This document shows, in pieces, positions 62,562 to 64,000 of a stretch of 64,000 nt of DNA (positions are counted from its first letter, which is position 1; each line of letters opens with the position of its first letter). The stretch is from Gemmatimonadales bacterium (lineage in GTDB: Bacteria > Gemmatimonadota > Gemmatimonadetes > Gemmatimonadales > GWC2-71-9), in assembly GCA_035577025.1 (NCBI GenBank), contig DATLVU010000045.1, forward strand, positions 3,727 through 67,726. Direction: 5' to 3'. Below the pieces are notes generated by a model. That model was not told the DNA's origin. It worked only from the letters and a program-made list of their open reading frames with translations, and did no database searches. The translations under genes were made by a program, and so were the position numbers.

Positions 62562-64000
62562 GGCGTATGATGGTTGAGGAGGTACTGAACAGCGAGGTCG
62601 GTCAGACTCCACAGCTGGACGTCCGAGCTCGTCCCGTAGCGCGTGGGCACGAGCCGGCCGTTGTCGATCCGATAGCTCCACAGCTCCGCATGCCGCAGCC
62701 CGGAACGATCGACCGCGGCGACGGTGCGTTGCAGCGCGTCCGCGAGCGGCGCCGGATCGGAGCCCGAGGGCAGCGCGGCGATCTGGAGGGAAAGCCCCGC
62801 CAGCAGGATGTTCACGTCCCGGCCCCACACGACCATCGGTGAGTGGTATTGATCACGACGAAACGTCTCCCACACGTCGCGCGGAGCATACGCGTCGTTA
62901 GCGGTCAGCGGGCCCACCCCGTCTACGAACAGCCCCGTGGGGTAGGGGCGCATGATCGGTCCGATGAGCTCGAGTGTGCGATCGCGGCCGAGTGAATCGA
63001 GCAGCAGCGCCATGGCGGGATCGGTGTTGACGATCGGGATCGGCCGGCCGGCGCCGTCGAGCGACAGGGCGAGAAACCGAATTGAATCCTGCTCGATGCC
63101 CGCCCGCGTTTGTACTGCCAGCCAATAGTCGCGCTCCTGCTGCGGCAGCCAATTCACTCTCTTGGAGACCCGCTCCGCCACGGCACCACCCGCGAGCGAA
63201 ACCTGGAAATGACGCTCCGCCCGCTTCCAGGTGGCGACTGCGCGCGCGAGCGTCGCCCGATCCTTTGCGAACGTGGCGAGCGGACCTTTGGGGATCGCGG
63301 GCTTGAGACCGAGCTGGCTCAACGCGTCGAGGATCGTCCCGATGCTCTCCAGGGCGTGCGGCACCCAGATGGCGTTCACGTCCATGGCGAATCGACCGCC
63401 GCCGTACCCCGCACGGCTGTCCCGCCAGCTCGCCGAGATCCAGCGATTCTTCTCATCGGGCGAGCGCGGGAAGCTGACCAGGTTCGTGGCCACGGGATCG
63501 CGGGCGTACGGCGCCGCGAAGCGCGCCACGTAGTCGAGATTGGCGACGAGCCGCGCGAGCCGATGCTCCGCGCCGAGAAACCGACGCTTCCGATCGGCGG
63601 GGACGCGGGAGTCCGCGAAATAGCGGGCGGCCACCACTGGCAGCTGGAAGTCGTCGTCGATCATGATGTAGTTCTCGCGGGTATCCGCGAGATGGGCGAG
63701 CACGGCTCGCGCCTGCGCGAGCCGCCCGGCCGCCACCAGGCGATTGTACTCGGCGGCGTGCTCACGAATCGCCTGGCCGCCGAGGGCCTCCTCATGGCTC
63801 ACGTCTCCGTCGGGCGCAAGCTTGCGGAGCGCGCTCGCGATCACATGCTCGGGCATCTCCGGCGCCCACACCGGCTGCATCAACAGGGCGGTCATGAACA
63901 TATCCCGCCCGAAGTACGTCGCGAAATTCGGCAGCCCGGCCATCAACTTTTCCCCGTAGCACAACAGCTCCATGCCCCGCACCTCGCGCTCCAGCCGCCG
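62558..64000 (-). CDS. (alpha/alpha)6-barrel glycoside-hydrolase-like protein, GDE_C/amylo-alpha-1,6-glucosidase-like (5' end outside the window)
   Basis: The frame is open to the window edge. GLPNFATYFGRDMFMTALL resembles the GDE_C N-terminal motif. The family call is tentative. Confidence 0.6.
   Translation of the reverse strand, partial: RRLEREVRGMELLCYGEKLMAGLPNFATYFGRDMFMTALLMQPVWAPEMPEHVIASALRKLAPDGDVSHEEALGGQAIREHAAEYNRLVAAGRLAQARAVLAHLADTRENYIMIDDDFQLPVVAARYFADSRVPADRKRRFLGAEHRLARLVANLDYVARFAAPYARDPVATNLVSFPRSPDEKNRWISASWRDSRAGYGGGRFAMDVNAIWVPHALESIGTILDALSQLGLKPAIPKGPLATFAKDRATLARAVATWKRAERHFQVSLAGGAVAERVSKRVNWLPQQERDYWLAVQTRAGIEQDSIRFLALSLDGAGRPIPIVNTDPAMALLLDSLGRDRTLELIGPIMRPYPTGLFVDGVGPLTANDAYAPRDVWETFRRDQYHSPMVVWGRDVNILLAGLSLQIAALPSGSDPAPLADALQRTVAAVDRSGLRHAELWSYRIDNGRLVPTRYGTSSDVQLWSLTDLAVQYLLNHHTP

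Overview
GC-rich (about two-thirds G+C by eye, not computed) chromosomal segment from a Gram-negative bacterium. Gene content and AAQ-type signal peptides suggest Gemmatimonadota or Acidobacteriota, but that is a low-confidence inference. About 60 protein genes are supportable. They are tightly packed, and many junctions are 4-nt ATGA/GTGA stop-start overlaps (7668, 12396, 31972, 33082, 44261, 48001, 52854, 60957, 62558). I saw no rRNA, tRNA or CRISPR array by eye. Most long ORFs antisense to these genes are GC-driven shadow ORFs.

Content:
- Secreted enzymes: PQQ dehydrogenase, BNR propeller protein, penicillin-acylase-family protein, S15 peptidase, M23 peptidase, trehalase.
- Transporters: EamA, MFS, ABC, AI-2E, SSS, OprB porin.
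- Stress and detoxification genes: ArsR-SRPBCC-VOC cluster, two DinB-family proteins, pirin, MsrB, DsbA.
- Signalling genes: two ECF sigma factors, a Ser/Thr kinase, a histidine kinase, GGDEF and HD-GYP proteins, and a LuxR-type regulator.

I cannot point with confidence to a clear-cut new multi-gene system such as a defence island. The best candidates for follow-up are:
1. A blaI / blaR1-like / DUF5916-like operon carrying two copies of an AT-rich dyad. One copy lies in the promoter region shared with a divergent NHEJ ligase gene.
2. A split NHEJ cluster with no Ku gene in the window. Its polymerase gene is translationally coupled to an uncharacterised 193-aa ORF and a 41-aa ORF.
3. An AT-rich islet (38.6-39.4 kb) with an XRE-type HTH gene and a divergent 118-aa protein ending in an (NG)n tail. 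Their promoters overlap and the spacer carries direct repeats.
4. A degenerate REC-GGDEF / lipoprotein / TPR-HD-GYP operon.
5. Several sequence oddities: a perfect 30-bp tandem duplication that includes the msrB start codon, a 19-bp perfect inverted repeat bracketing the treA signal peptide, a G-run tract in the blaR1-like gene, and signal peptides lying upstream of any canonical start codon.

All functional calls rest on motifs I recognised by eye, not on database searches.
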